A stretch of 64,000 nt of DNA from Aquificaceae bacterium (GCA_039630345.1 JBCNVD010000034.1:3231-67230); one strand, 5' to 3'. Shown: positions 53,941-63,278, counted from the first letter of the stretch. Notes: a model not told the origin generated them from the letters alone. Numbers and translations: made by a program.

Positions 53941-54970
53941 GTTCTATGGCAACATCCTCACCCAAGGTATGGACCCTTCTCGTCCTTAGCTTGATGGCCT
54001 TTTCGAGCTCTAAGCTAAAAAACCCGCCGAGCCTTAAACCCTCCCCTATGATTTTTGGCGCTATTACCACAAAAATTCTGTCAAAGAGCCCATCTTTTAA
54101 AAACCAGCTGAGCGTTCTTGGACCTCCCTCTACAAAAACGTGCATAACCTCCCTTTTCCTTAGCTCCTCAAGAACTCCCCTTAAGGTTATATTTTCCATA
54201 TAACAAATCTCGGCGCTTCGCGCCGATAGATTTACATCCCTTTGCGTAAAAACCAGAACCTTCCCCTCTTCCTGAAAGATTCTCTCGCTCCCATTTAGTC
54301 TCCCGCTTCTGTCAATTACTACTCTTAAAGGCTGGCGAGGCAGTTTTATCTCCCTTACAGTAAGGCGTGGGTCATCTTTAATAACTGTGCCAGAACCAAC
54401 CAGTATGGCACTCGCCTGTGCTCTTAAGGTGTTTGTAAATGCCCTTGCCTTTTCAGAGCTTATCCACTTGCTCTGCCCGCTCTTTGTAGCCAGGGAGCCA
54501 TCCACGCTCTGGGCCCATTTTAGGGTAATGTAAGGTCTTTTCTGGGTTATGTAGGTAAAGAAGTCCTCGTTTAACTCTCTTGCTTCGCTTTCACAAACCC
54601 CTATCTCTATCTCTATTCCCGCCTCTTTGAGTCTATTAACACCTTTTCCGCAAACAATCGGGTTTGGATCAAGGGTTGCTATAACGACCCTCTTTACACC
54701 CGCTTTTATCAAAGCTTCAGTGCAAGGTGGCGTCCTGCCAAAGTGATTACAGGGTTCAAGCGTTACATAAACGGTTGAGCCTCTTGCTCTCTCGCCTGCA
54801 ATCTCGAGTGCTTTAGCTTCCGCATGCAAAGCCCCGGCCTTTTCGTGGTTTGCCTCGCTTATTATCTTGCCGTCTTTTACAATAACGCAACCAACTGTTG
54901 GATTTGGGTGGGTCAGGCCCTTTCTGGCTCTTGCGAGCCTAAGGGCCCTTTGCATAAAGATTTTGTCCAA
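53900..54970 (-). CDS. ribD: Bifunctional riboflavin biosynthesis deaminase/reductase
   Basis: 'HAEAKAL', 'TLEPCNHFGRTPPC', C-terminal reductase 'KWAQSVDG'. Confidence 0.9.
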   Translation of the reverse strand: MDKIFMQRALRLARARKGLTHPNPTVGCVIVKDGKIISEANHEKAGALHAEAKALEIAGERARGSTVYVTLEPCNHFGRTPPCTEALIKAGVKRVVIATLDPNPIVCGKGVNRLKEAGIEIEIGVCESEARELNEDFFTYITQKRPYITLKWAQSVDGSLATKSGQSKWISSEKARAFTNTLRAQASAILVGSGTVIKDDPRLTVREIKLPRQPLRVVIDRSGRLNGSERIFQEEGKVLVFTQRDVNLSARSAEICYMENITLRGVLEELRKREVMHVFVEGGPRTLSWFLKDGLFDRIFVVIAPKIIGEGLRLGGFFSLELEKAIKLRTRRVHTLGEDVAIELVKIPSHESRDGF

Positions 54971-54975
54971 GCTCT

Positions 54976-55356
54976 TTAGGCGGATTCTTTAAGGATGTTA
55001 AGAAGTAGCTCTTCAACCTCCTGTGCAACAGGTTTTAAATCAGGTTCGTCGTAAGCTTCCAGCATCTTCGTGGGTGCAATCGTTTCAATAACAGTCTTGC
55101 CCTCAGACTCATATAGCGCAATTCTGCAAGGCATTGCAGTTGCTATACTGGGGTTTTTGGATAGCACCTGGCTTGCATGCCTTGGGGAGCAAACCTCTAT
55201 TATCACGCAGGGGTAGTTTATCGGCACTCCTTTACTCTGGAGTATTCCCCCAACGTCGTGCACTGACATTACGCCAAAACCTGATTGTTTTGCTCTCTCC
55301 TCAATAACTTGTCTCAACACACCAATACTCTTTTCACTTGTTAGTTTTATTAACAT
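54976..55356 (-). CDS. DUF302 domain protein
   Basis: 126 aa. 'GFGVMSVHDVGGILQSKGV', 'VIIEVCSP', 'PCRIALYE'. Pattern of the DUF302 family. Confidence 0.6.
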   Translation of the reverse strand: MLIKLTSEKSIGVLRQVIEERAKQSGFGVMSVHDVGGILQSKGVPINYPCVIIEVCSPRHASQVLSKNPSIATAMPCRIALYESEGKTVIETIAPTKMLEAYDEPDLKPVAQEVEELLLNILKESA

Positions 55357-55774
55357 CTTCTACCCTCCTTATAAACTCTATTATATCAAATGTTCCAAGC
55401 CTTATGACATCAACCAAAGCCTGTTTCACCGGCAGGTCTAATAAGCTTCCAGATTCCTGAAAAAAGCCTTTTCTGAGCCTGATTTCCTTCTCAAATTCCT
55501 GACTCTTTAGCCTGAAAGTCAGCCTAAGCTCGTAGAAGTTTGTCCTCTGATTTGGTGATAATCCAATAGGTAAAAGCCTGAACTCTTCTACTTTCGCGCT
55601 CAGATCTCTTCCTGGACACTCTATTTTAAAGCCACTTTCCACCACAGCCCTCTCCAGAGCCTTTAAAAGTTCTATAGACAAAAAGCTACTGTCATAGGGG
55701 TTTTGAATCTCTCTTATGCATATTTCTTTGGCTGATATCAAAGAAACTAAAAAAATAGCGTAGACCCACCTCAT
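55334..55774 (-). CDS. Hypothetical exported protein or lipoprotein (possibly LptE-like)
   Basis: Signal-like 'MRWVYAIFLVSLISA'. Small beta-rich protein. The LptE idea rests only on size and its position next to a leuS gene. Confidence 0.3.
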   Translation of the reverse strand: MRWVYAIFLVSLISAKEICIREIQNPYDSSFLSIELLKALERAVVESGFKIECPGRDLSAKVEEFRLLPIGLSPNQRTNFYELRLTFRLKSQEFEKEIRLRKGFFQESGSLLDLPVKQALVDVIRLGTFDIIEFIRRVEDVNKTNK

Positions 55775-55797
55775 CTCTTGCTTAAAATTTAAAGCAT

Positions 55798-56634
55798 ATG
55801 ACCATAGGCGAGTTTTTAAGCTCTAAGGGTATCTCCATAGGAGACAATGCCTCTTTTCTTTTGCAGGCGCTTGGCATCTCTTCAATTTTGCCAGAGCTTG
55901 AATCAAAATTCGGAGAACCTGCAAAGATGTCAAAGTCCAAGGGAAATACAGTCGACCCATCTTCTGTGATAGAGCGCTATGGCGCAGATAGCGTAAGACT
56001 CTATGTTCTGTTTGTAGGGCCTGTTGAAAAAGATTTTGAATGGACTGACGAAGGTCTTCAAGGTGCCCATCGCTTTCTTAGAAGACTCTGGAGCAGTTTT
56101 CACTCCCATCTTGAGCTTATTAAAAACCCGCAATCCGGTGAGCCATCCAGCTATGCAGTAGAACTCAGAAGCAAAGCTCACAAAACTCTTGATAAATACA
56201 GGCGCGATATGCAGGAGATGTCTTTTAATACCTGCATAGCCTCTTTGATGGAACTCCTTAATGAAATCCAGCGCTCTGAACTCAAGCCCCAGGATGCAGG
56301 ATTTTTAAAAGAAATCTACGAGCTTTTACTCCTTATGCTTTACCCCTTTGCGCCTCATATATCAGAAGAACTCTGGTCTTTGCTTGGCAACGAGCCTCTT
56401 TACAAGGCTCGCCTTCCTGAGCCAGATAAATCCGCTCTCATTTCTGAGTGGTTAGAAATCCCTGTCCAGATCAACGGCAAACTTCGCGAAGTTATAAAAG
56501 TCCCGGCTTTTGCATCTGAGCAAGAGATTCTAAACCTCGCTTACGCGAGTGAAAAGCTAAAAACCTGGCTGGGTGGTAAAGAGCCAAAAAGAGTCATCTA
56601 TGTCCCCGGAAGGGCTCTTAATATAGTTCTTTAA
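55798..56634 (+). CDS. leuS': Leucyl-tRNA synthetase beta subunit (stand-alone C-terminal part carrying KMSKS)
   Basis: 278 aa, starting about 40 aa before 'KMSKSKGN'. Contains the anticodon-binding helical domain and C-terminal domain. No HIGH or CP1 part is adjacent. Confidence 0.85.
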   Translation: MTIGEFLSSKGISIGDNASFLLQALGISSILPELESKFGEPAKMSKSKGNTVDPSSVIERYGADSVRLYVLFVGPVEKDFEWTDEGLQGAHRFLRRLWSSFHSHLELIKNPQSGEPSSYAVELRSKAHKTLDKYRRDMQEMSFNTCIASLMELLNEIQRSELKPQDAGFLKEIYELLLLMLYPFAPHISEELWSLLGNEPLYKARLPEPDKSALISEWLEIPVQINGKLREVIKVPAFASEQEILNLAYASEKLKTWLGGKEPKRVIYVPGRALNIVL

Positions 56635-56637
56635 CCG

Positions 56638-56760
56638 ATGGATTTTTTAATTGCTCTTATCAAGCCAGTTATCATACTATTGCTATTTGCAGCATTTATG
56701 CTATTTCTGGTTATAATCCTGTCGATGCTCATTTACAATCTGCTGGAGAAAAATGACTAA
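56638..56760 (+). CDS. Possible small membrane protein (40 aa), below the ORF-track cutoff
   Basis: Hand translation: 'MDFLIALIKPVIILLLFAAFMLFLVIILSMLIYNLLEKND*'. No SD. Lies between leuS' and the for operon. Confidence 0.25.
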   Translation: MDFLIALIKPVIILLLFAAFMLFLVIILSMLIYNLLEKND

Positions 56761-56777
56761 TCTCATAAATCCTTCAC

Positions 56778-56805
56778 TTGACACTTTATCAGTCTATCCT
56801 AATTT
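56778..56805 (+). promoter_or_regulatory. Putative sigma70-type promoter of the oxidoreductase operon
   Basis: 'TTGACA' (56778-56783) - 16 nt - 'TAATTT'. SD 'aagaggagg' precedes the ATG at 56838. Confidence 0.45.
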
Positions 56806-56837
56806 TTTGAAAATCCGAAGCCAAGAGGAGGTGTTTT

Positions 56838-57551
56838 ATGCCCGCTGAAATATTGCCAGGACCTTCAGGATACATTCCCATCCCGGCAGTTTTTGAAGAT
56901 GTAGAACTCTCACCGCCTGGATATGGATTGTTCTTTGGCCAGATAGTTGACGAGCTAACCGCGATGCGTGAAGCCGCAAAAGCTATGCTAACTCGCCGAA
57001 ACCCAACTATCTTCCCGGGTCCTAAAATCCTCTGGGGCTGGAATGCCCATGCAATGGAGGAAGCCAAAGCAATCCTTGAGCTTGCTGCGGAGATACCAAA
57101 CTGCAGGATAATCCCAATGCCCGATTACAGACCCAAGTATCCCAAAATAGACCCGGAGGCTGAAATAAACCCAAACCACCCCAACCTTACTATACTTCAT
57201 AACAAAATAGAGGCCTGCATCTTCGTGGGCGTTCACTGCCACTATGCCAATCTCTCTTTAAGGATGATAAGAGCAGGCACAAACTGCTTTACCATAGCCC
57301 TTTGCGGAGAGCTCGGGCATGAAGATGCAATGGTCTCAATAAGAGACCTAACCCCTGAAAAAATAAGACGCTTTAGAGAAGTTCTCATACAGGTGAGAGA
57401 AGAGCTCGGTATATCTCACACCCCAACCCCGCCTCCAGAAAATCCATCTCTTCCGAAAGAAGAGTTTCAGACCCTCTCTGTTCTGGATTATGGTGAGTAT
57501 TCTTATCTTCTTATCCCTAGAAAAGATGAACAAGTTACGGACACTGAATAA
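56838..57551 (+). CDS. forD: 2-oxoacid:ferredoxin oxidoreductase accessory subunit (ForD-like)
   Basis: First gene of a D-A-B-G-E operon, 237 aa. Assignment is by position and size, by analogy to the five-subunit enzymes of Hydrogenobacter thermophilus. Confidence 0.6.
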   Translation: MPAEILPGPSGYIPIPAVFEDVELSPPGYGLFFGQIVDELTAMREAAKAMLTRRNPTIFPGPKILWGWNAHAMEEAKAILELAAEIPNCRIIPMPDYRPKYPKIDPEAEINPNHPNLTILHNKIEACIFVGVHCHYANLSLRMIRAGTNCFTIALCGELGHEDAMVSIRDLTPEKIRRFREVLIQVREELGISHTPTPPPENPSLPKEEFQTLSVLDYGEYSYLLIPRKDEQVTDTE

Positions 57552-57563
57552 GGAGGTAAGCTA

Positions 57564-58733
57564 ATGCCAGAGCAAAGAGTCGTTGACGCGGACGAGCTGA
57601 TTTTAAGAACTGAGCGCCAGCGCAAGTTTATAACTGGCGCCCAGGCAATGGCAGAGGCAGTCAAGCGCGCAAATGTAGATGTCGCTATCGCCTATCCAAT
57701 AACTCCTCAATCCGAGGTTATGCACCTGGTTGGCGATATCTGGGCACAGGGCTATATTCGCGACTACTATAGAGCTGAAGAAGAATACGGTGCTATGTCA
57801 GCTATTGCAGGCGCAGTTCGCGGTGGTGCGCGTGCTTTTAGTGCAACCTCAGGTCCTGGACTCTTGAGGGGTCTTGAGGCAATTGCTTCCTGGCCAGGTC
57901 ATAGAATCCCGGTCGTTCTTGGGGTTCTCACCCGTGTTGTTAATGCACCTCTTTCAATCCAGCCTGATAATGTCGAAATTTCCTATCTTCTAAACTGCGG
58001 AATGGTCGTTTTGCACGCAGAAAATCAGCAAGATGTCTTTGATTTTACTCTCGCAGGCTTTGTAATTTCAGAAAAGGTAGATGTATATATCCCCGTAGCA
58101 GTATGCACAGAAGGCTTTTTCGTCACCCACGCTAAAGGTTATGTTAATATTACCCCGGAAGAGCTCAAACTCCCTCCACGTGACCCATACAAAGCCCCGG
58201 TTCCTCCCACAGATTGTGAAATCCCGCCCGCAAGGATTCAAAGAGATGCCCCCGTTCAAAAATCTAACTTTATGAGCTATCTAATTCACGCAGTATGGCA
58301 ACAGGAAATCTGGTCCTCAAACAAGCGTGCAATGAGATATATAAACCACTATCTGGGAGGTCCGATAGAGGTTGTCAATCCAGGAGCGGAGGTCTTTATA
58401 GTCGCCTCTGGCTGTGCTGCAGCTCAGGGTCGTGAGGCAGTTCGCTATGCGAATATGGAAGGTCTTAATGTGGGATTAGTAAAAGTCAAGTCCATAAGAC
58501 CATTCCCTGAAAAGCAAGTCAGAGAAGTCCTTTCAAACGCCAAAGCTATAATAGTCCCCGAGCATAACATAGTAGGCTGGCTTGCAAAAGAGGTTAAAGC
58601 CTGCATACCAAACAGCGACGCCGTAATTGGCGGTCCAAGGGTTTATGGCGGTATGACCCTTCCGGTTGAGCTAATAATGGAAAGGGTCTATGATGCCTTT
58701 GGCATCAAAAAATCAAAGAAAGTAGTAGTTTAA
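57564..58733 (+). CDS. forA: 2-oxoglutarate (2-oxoacid):ferredoxin oxidoreductase alpha subunit
   Basis: 'IAYPITPQSE', 'SGPGLLRGLE'. 389 aa. Confidence 0.85.
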   Translation: MPEQRVVDADELILRTERQRKFITGAQAMAEAVKRANVDVAIAYPITPQSEVMHLVGDIWAQGYIRDYYRAEEEYGAMSAIAGAVRGGARAFSATSGPGLLRGLEAIASWPGHRIPVVLGVLTRVVNAPLSIQPDNVEISYLLNCGMVVLHAENQQDVFDFTLAGFVISEKVDVYIPVAVCTEGFFVTHAKGYVNITPEELKLPPRDPYKAPVPPTDCEIPPARIQRDAPVQKSNFMSYLIHAVWQQEIWSSNKRAMRYINHYLGGPIEVVNPGAEVFIVASGCAAAQGREAVRYANMEGLNVGLVKVKSIRPFPEKQVREVLSNAKAIIVPEHNIVGWLAKEVKACIPNSDAVIGGPRVYGGMTLPVELIMERVYDAFGIKKSKKVVV

Positions 58734-58748
58734 AAAGGAGGTTTTGCT

Positions 58749-59615
58749 ATGGGTCTAGAATATGTGAGAATCTCACCGGGATTCGAAAGATACATGCCAA
58801 AAGACTATGTCGACCTTGTCCAGTATGGACAGTTTGGCAAAGAGGTTGACATTCAACAGCTCGGTCAGTTTAAAGAGCTCGTTGAAGAACACCCAATGTG
58901 CGCAGGGTGCTTTATGGCTTACTTTATAAGGGTCTTCTATGCCGCACTTCCAAAGCCAGAAGATACCATAGTCATTGGAACTGCAGGCTGTGCCCGTTTG
59001 GCATTATCTCAGGCAGCAGTTCCTTTCATATATGGCAACTACGGGGATACCAATGCTGTCGCATCAGGTCTTAAAAGAGCTCTAAAGATCCGCTTTCCAA
59101 ATAAACCAAAAGATGTAGTCGTCATAGCAGGTGATGGTGGACTAATAGACATTGGCTTTGGCATGACAATGCACTCCTGGTTTAGGCGCGAAAACTTCAC
59201 AACCATAATGGTCGATAATGAAGTTTATGGAAACACAGGCGGTCAGGAAAGCGGAATGTCTCCAAAAGGTGTGCAACTAAAAATGGCTCCAAAAGGCAAG
59301 CAATTTGAGAAAATCAACGCAGTAGAGCTTGCCAAGACCGCAGGATGCGTATATGTTGCAAAGCTCTCCCCAACGAATCCAAAAAGGATAGCAAAAACTG
59401 TTAGAAGAGCTGTTCTCGCTGCAAGGGAGTTTGGTCCAACATTTATTCATGCATACACCTCTTGCAACATCGAATACTCAATCCCAACAGAGAAAGTTCT
59501 TGAAGATGCCAGAAAGAGAGAAAAGCAAGACTTTGGCTTTTATGAGTGGATGACAGATGAAGTAAAAGAATTCTTCGAAGAGCTCGAGCGTTCCCCACAG
59601 GAGGTCAAGACATGA
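58749..59615 (+). CDS. forB: 2-oxoacid:ferredoxin oxidoreductase beta (TPP-binding) subunit
   Basis: Cys motif 'CAGC', TPP motif 'IAGDGGLIDIGFG...DNEVYGNTGGQ'. Confidence 0.85.
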   Translation: MGLEYVRISPGFERYMPKDYVDLVQYGQFGKEVDIQQLGQFKELVEEHPMCAGCFMAYFIRVFYAALPKPEDTIVIGTAGCARLALSQAAVPFIYGNYGDTNAVASGLKRALKIRFPNKPKDVVVIAGDGGLIDIGFGMTMHSWFRRENFTTIMVDNEVYGNTGGQESGMSPKGVQLKMAPKGKQFEKINAVELAKTAGCVYVAKLSPTNPKRIAKTVRRAVLAAREFGPTFIHAYTSCNIEYSIPTEKVLEDARKREKQDFGFYEWMTDEVKEFFEELERSPQEVKT

Positions 59616-60295
59616 AACGCTACAACATTCGCATAGCAGGTGTTGGTGGGCAGGGGGTTGTAACTTCTGCCCACATCCTTGGCAATGCAATGTCAGCTGC
59701 GGGAAAGTATGCAACGCTCGTGCCTTTCTTTGGTTCTGAAAAGAGGATGGCTCCCGTTGAGGCATATGTGAGAGTCTCTGACCAGCCCATATATGAAGTT
59801 GGTGAGGTCGTCTATCCTAATGTCATAATGATTTATCACCCTCAGGTTATAACTCACGGAAAGTCCTATACCATGCCCTTCTATTCTGGTCTGAAAGAAG
59901 GTGGAATGGTAATAATCAACACCGATGTTGACATAATCCCTCAGGAAGATTGGCAGATACTAAACGAGCTAAACACGAGAGTATTTAACATACCCGCGAC
60001 GAAAATAGCCCTTGATGTGGCAGGCACGGAGCTTGCTACAAACATGGCAATGTTAGGTGTGTTCTTTGGTATTACAAGACTGGTAGGTTTTGAACACATA
60101 GAGCAAGCAGTTAGAGAAAGATTTCTTGGAAATACTTTCGTAGCCTCTGGTGGAACAACATCTCTCGATAGTGCAATAGAGAAGAAGTTCAAGAAAAAGA
60201 TGGAACTCCTTGAAAAGAACATGCAAGTTATCAAAGAAACCTTCAAAATAGCAGAGGAGAAAGGTTGGGTAGAAGAATTGGCCCTTACAAACTAG
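59612..60295 (+). CDS. forG: 2-oxoacid:ferredoxin oxidoreductase gamma subunit
   Basis: 'IRIAGVGGQGVVT', 'NMAMLG'. ATGA overlap with the beta gene. Confidence 0.85.
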   Translation: MKRYNIRIAGVGGQGVVTSAHILGNAMSAAGKYATLVPFFGSEKRMAPVEAYVRVSDQPIYEVGEVVYPNVIMIYHPQVITHGKSYTMPFYSGLKEGGMVIINTDVDIIPQEDWQILNELNTRVFNIPATKIALDVAGTELATNMAMLGVFFGITRLVGFEHIEQAVRERFLGNTFVASGGTTSLDSAIEKKFKKKMELLEKNMQVIKETFKIAEEKGWVEELALTN

Positions 60296-60311
60296 TTCCG
60301 GAGGCTCTAGA

Positions 60312-60536
60312 ATGTACTATGTTGCTGAGGTAAATGAAGCAGATTGCGCCAAATACAACTGCAAGCAGTGTGTTCTATTTTGCCCAGAGCCAAATACGCT
60401 TATGTATCATGATAAAAATCATGTTGCATGGGTAAACTTTCCCAGGTGCAAGGGCTGTGCAATTTGCGTATATGTCTGCTCTGACCTTCTTAAGCGCAAT
60501 TGTATAAAGATGGTAATGGTGAAAGCGGGTGATTGA
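60312..60536 (+). CDS. forE: Ferredoxin-like (2x[4Fe-4S]) small subunit of the oxidoreductase
   Basis: 'CKQCVLFCP' and 'CKGCAICVYVC' cluster motifs. 74 aa. Confidence 0.8.
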   Translation: MYYVAEVNEADCAKYNCKQCVLFCPEPNTLMYHDKNHVAWVNFPRCKGCAICVYVCSDLLKRNCIKMVMVKAGD

Positions 60537-60801
60537 CAAATCTTGGATTGAGGAAGTTTGTAGGATATTAACAAACAGCATCGTAAACCCCGATTTGGAG
60601 ATTGAATTTATAGAAAGTGAGAGCTCTCAACCTATTTTTAGAGTGCGCTACATAGTAGAAGGTCACGATGTTTATGTTAAGGATTTTGACCTCTTTCCTG
60701 CCTGTAATGGCATGACGCCTGCGCAGGCAGCCGATTTTATAAGCTTCCAAATCCAGCAATTCATGGACGAAATAGACTCTACTGAATACGGCGGTGAATG
60801 A
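60529..60801 (+). CDS. Hypothetical acidic protein (90 aa)
   Basis: GTG start overlapping the forE stop (GTGA). Its stop overlaps the next start (ATGA). No family recognised. Confidence 0.45.
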   Translation: MIDKSWIEEVCRILTNSIVNPDLEIEFIESESSQPIFRVRYIVEGHDVYVKDFDLFPACNGMTPAQAADFISFQIQQFMDEIDSTEYGGE

Positions 60802-61694
60802 GAGCAAGCGCATATGTAATCACTGGTTATTTGGGTAGTGGTAAAACCACCTTCCTGATAAACACTGCCCGTAGACACCTAAAAGACCGTAAGGTCTCGA
60901 TAGTCGTTAACGAAGTTGGGGAAATTGGTGTAGATGGACAGCTTCTGAAGCGTCATTATGCAAATGTACTTGAGTTGCCAGAAGGATGCGTTTGCTGTGC
61001 TCTTTCTGAAGAATTCGAAAGGGTAGTAGACGACCTAATTAAGAGTCAAAATCCAGATGTCATTTTGGTTGAAACCTCTGGTAGTGCAATCCCCATGCCT
61101 GTGATGTATTCTCTTCAGGCGCTTAATTGTGCCGTTGACGGTGTAGTTTGTGTTGTCGATGCATCTAATTTTGATAAGATAAAGCACGAGCAAAACGCCC
61201 GATCTCAAATAGGCAGCTCTAACATACTGGTTTTAAACAAAAAAGACCTGGTGAGCCCTTCAGAGCTTGAGCGTATAGAAAAAGAGCTGTTAAACCTCTG
61301 GCGGGAGAGTGTTCCAAGAAATACAATAACCGGCGAGCCTCTTTATGAGAGAGTTCTTCTCCTCTCAAGCGAGAGGGGAGTGGTCGACGAGCAGGTTTTT
61401 GGCTGTAGTTATACTCTAAATGAGTTAAAAAATTTCAATAAAGACCATTTTCATACCCAGAGCGCGAATACTATTTACTTTTTTGAAAAAGTGGACCTGG
61501 AGGTTCTTCAAAAAAGACTATCACAAGCACAGGATATCATAAGAGCAAAAGGAATAGTCAGAATTAAAAACTACCCATTTCCGACTGTGGTGCAATGGGT
61601 TTTCGGTAAACTTGAGGTTTATGATGATTTACCTGATTACTCTGGTCCCAGCTTTCTTGTATATGTTAGACGAAACTCATGCATATCGATTTAA
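60798..61694 (+). CDS. COG0523 (CobW/YjiA/ZigA-like) G3E-family metallochaperone GTPase
   Basis: P-loop 'GYLGSGKTT', metal motif 'GCVCC', 'ETSG', 'NKKD'. Confidence 0.85.
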   Translation: MRASAYVITGYLGSGKTTFLINTARRHLKDRKVSIVVNEVGEIGVDGQLLKRHYANVLELPEGCVCCALSEEFERVVDDLIKSQNPDVILVETSGSAIPMPVMYSLQALNCAVDGVVCVVDASNFDKIKHEQNARSQIGSSNILVLNKKDLVSPSELERIEKELLNLWRESVPRNTITGEPLYERVLLLSSERGVVDEQVFGCSYTLNELKNFNKDHFHTQSANTIYFFEKVDLEVLQKRLSQAQDIIRAKGIVRIKNYPFPTVVQWVFGKLEVYDDLPDYSGPSFLVYVRRNSCISI

Positions 61695-62647
61695 TTTTAC
61701 AGAATATTCTAAATCCTCCGGTTTTAATGTTCTTTTTGGGTATTTTTGCAGCTTTGGTAAAATCAGACCTTGAAATCCCACAATCTCTCTCCAAGCTCTT
61801 CTCTCTCTACTTACTAATTGCAATCGGACTGCACGGTGGATATGAGCTTGCAAATAGCGGGATATCAATCTACATAATCAAGGTTCTAACTATGGCTAGT
61901 TTAATGGCTGTTGTGGTTCCGATTTATGCTTTTTTTATACTTAAAATTCGCCTTGATACTTACAATGCCGTTGCAATTGCTGCATCTTATGGTTCTATAA
62001 GCGCAGTTACTTTTATTACCGCAGCCTCTTTTTTAAGTAGTATAGGACTTGGGTATAGTGGTTATATGGTTGCTGCGATGACTTTGATGGAATCTCCGGC
62101 CATTATCATCGGACTATTACTTTTATCGCTCTTTGCCCGAAGGGCAGATTCCGGAATAAGATGGGGAGAAGTTTTTAGAGAATCTTTTTTTAATTCATCG
62201 GTTATTCTATTGGTTGGGACTTTATTGATTGGTACTTTGACAGGCGAGAAAGGGTGGAAGTCTATAGAACCTCTTTTTGGAGGACTTTTTAAGGGTATGC
62301 TTACATTTTTTCTTCTTGATATGGGGCTCATAGCGGGTAAGCGCCTTGGTGATATTAAAAAAGTAGGAGCTTTCTTGTTGGGTTTTGGCATAGCATTGCC
62401 TGTTTTGAATGCGATTTTAGGAATTTTTCTGGCAAGGATCGCTAATTTTAATATGAGTGATGCGTTTTTGTTTAGTATTCTCTGTGCCAGTGCCTCGTAT
62501 ATTGCTGTACCAGCTGCAATGAGAATGTCAGTTCCTGAAGCGAACCCAAGCTTATATCTGACCCTATCTCTTGCTGTTACTTTTCCTTTTAATATTGCTA
62601 TTGGTATTCCGCTTTACTATAGTCTTGCATCTTTGCTATGGAACTAG
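61679..62647 (+). CDS. sbtA: SbtA-like sodium-dependent bicarbonate transporter family permease
   Basis: 322 aa, about 10 TM. 'PPVLMFFLGIFAALVKSDLEIP', 'GLHGGYEL', 'ASYGSISAVTF'. Resembles cyanobacterial SbtA/DUF897. Confidence 0.7.
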   Translation: MHIDLILQNILNPPVLMFFLGIFAALVKSDLEIPQSLSKLFSLYLLIAIGLHGGYELANSGISIYIIKVLTMASLMAVVVPIYAFFILKIRLDTYNAVAIAASYGSISAVTFITAASFLSSIGLGYSGYMVAAMTLMESPAIIIGLLLLSLFARRADSGIRWGEVFRESFFNSSVILLVGTLLIGTLTGEKGWKSIEPLFGGLFKGMLTFFLLDMGLIAGKRLGDIKKVGAFLLGFGIALPVLNAILGIFLARIANFNMSDAFLFSILCASASYIAVPAAMRMSVPEANPSLYLTLSLAVTFPFNIAIGIPLYYSLASLLWN

Positions 62648-62937
62648 CTAGAATGAAAAAAGTAGAAGTAGTTATTGATAACACGCATCTGAGACTAGTT
62701 CTTGAAATCTTAGAATCATCCGGGGTTAGTGGATACACAATAATAAGAGATGTTATTGGCAAGGGTGATAGGGGTACTGTACTGGCTGATGAGCCTTCAG
62801 AGAGTTTTAAAAACAGCTATATTTTTACAATATGTGACGAGGAAAGGGCCAAGAGTATTACCTCACGTATTGCTCCAGTCATTAGGCGCTTTGGGGGTGC
62901 GTGTTTTCTAAGTGATGTGGAATGGTTAATGCATTAG
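62638..62937 (+). CDS. sbtB: PII-like signalling protein (SbtB-like)
   Basis: 'KKVEVVI....L..VLEILESSGVSGYTIIRDVIGKGDRG' PII fold with T-loop region. An alternative start at the ATG at 62653 is likely. Confidence 0.7.
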   Translation: MELARMKKVEVVIDNTHLRLVLEILESSGVSGYTIIRDVIGKGDRGTVLADEPSESFKNSYIFTICDEERAKSITSRIAPVIRRFGGACFLSDVEWLMH

Positions 62938-63030
62938 AGACTGTTATGATTGTTATTAAGACCAGTTATTGAATGTGCCAGACATTAAGTTTATAATAAA
63001 AAGCCTATTCTTTATTAGGAGGTGTAAAAA

Positions 63031-63267
63031 ATGGCTACTATAACCCCTGATAAGTCTTTAGATACTTCTGGCCTTAATTGCCCACTTCCGGTTCTTAAAA
63101 CGAAAAAGGCCATGGAAGGGCTTCAATCTGGGCAAATATTAGAGGTCATTAGCACTGACCCAGGTGCAAAAGCCGACATACCCGCCTTTTGCAACAGAAC
63201 CGGTCATCAGCTTCTGGAAACTGTTGAAGAGGGTGGCAAATACATATTTTATCTACGCAAAAAGTAG
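63031..63267 (+). CDS. tusA: TusA/SirA-family sulfur carrier
   Basis: 'LDTSGLNCPLPVLKTKKA' active-site Cys-Pro motif. SD 'aggaggtg'. Confidence 0.85.
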   Translation: MATITPDKSLDTSGLNCPLPVLKTKKAMEGLQSGQILEVISTDPGAKADIPAFCNRTGHQLLETVEEGGKYIFYLRKK

Positions 63268-63278
63268 AGGTTTAGGTC

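Noticed and set aside
55334-56634. leuS-lptE linkage as evidence that 55334-55774 encodes LptE
   Set aside because: The genes are divergent here rather than co-directional as in E. coli, and the sequence similarity is not recognisable by eye. It is kept only as a low-confidence note in the feature table.
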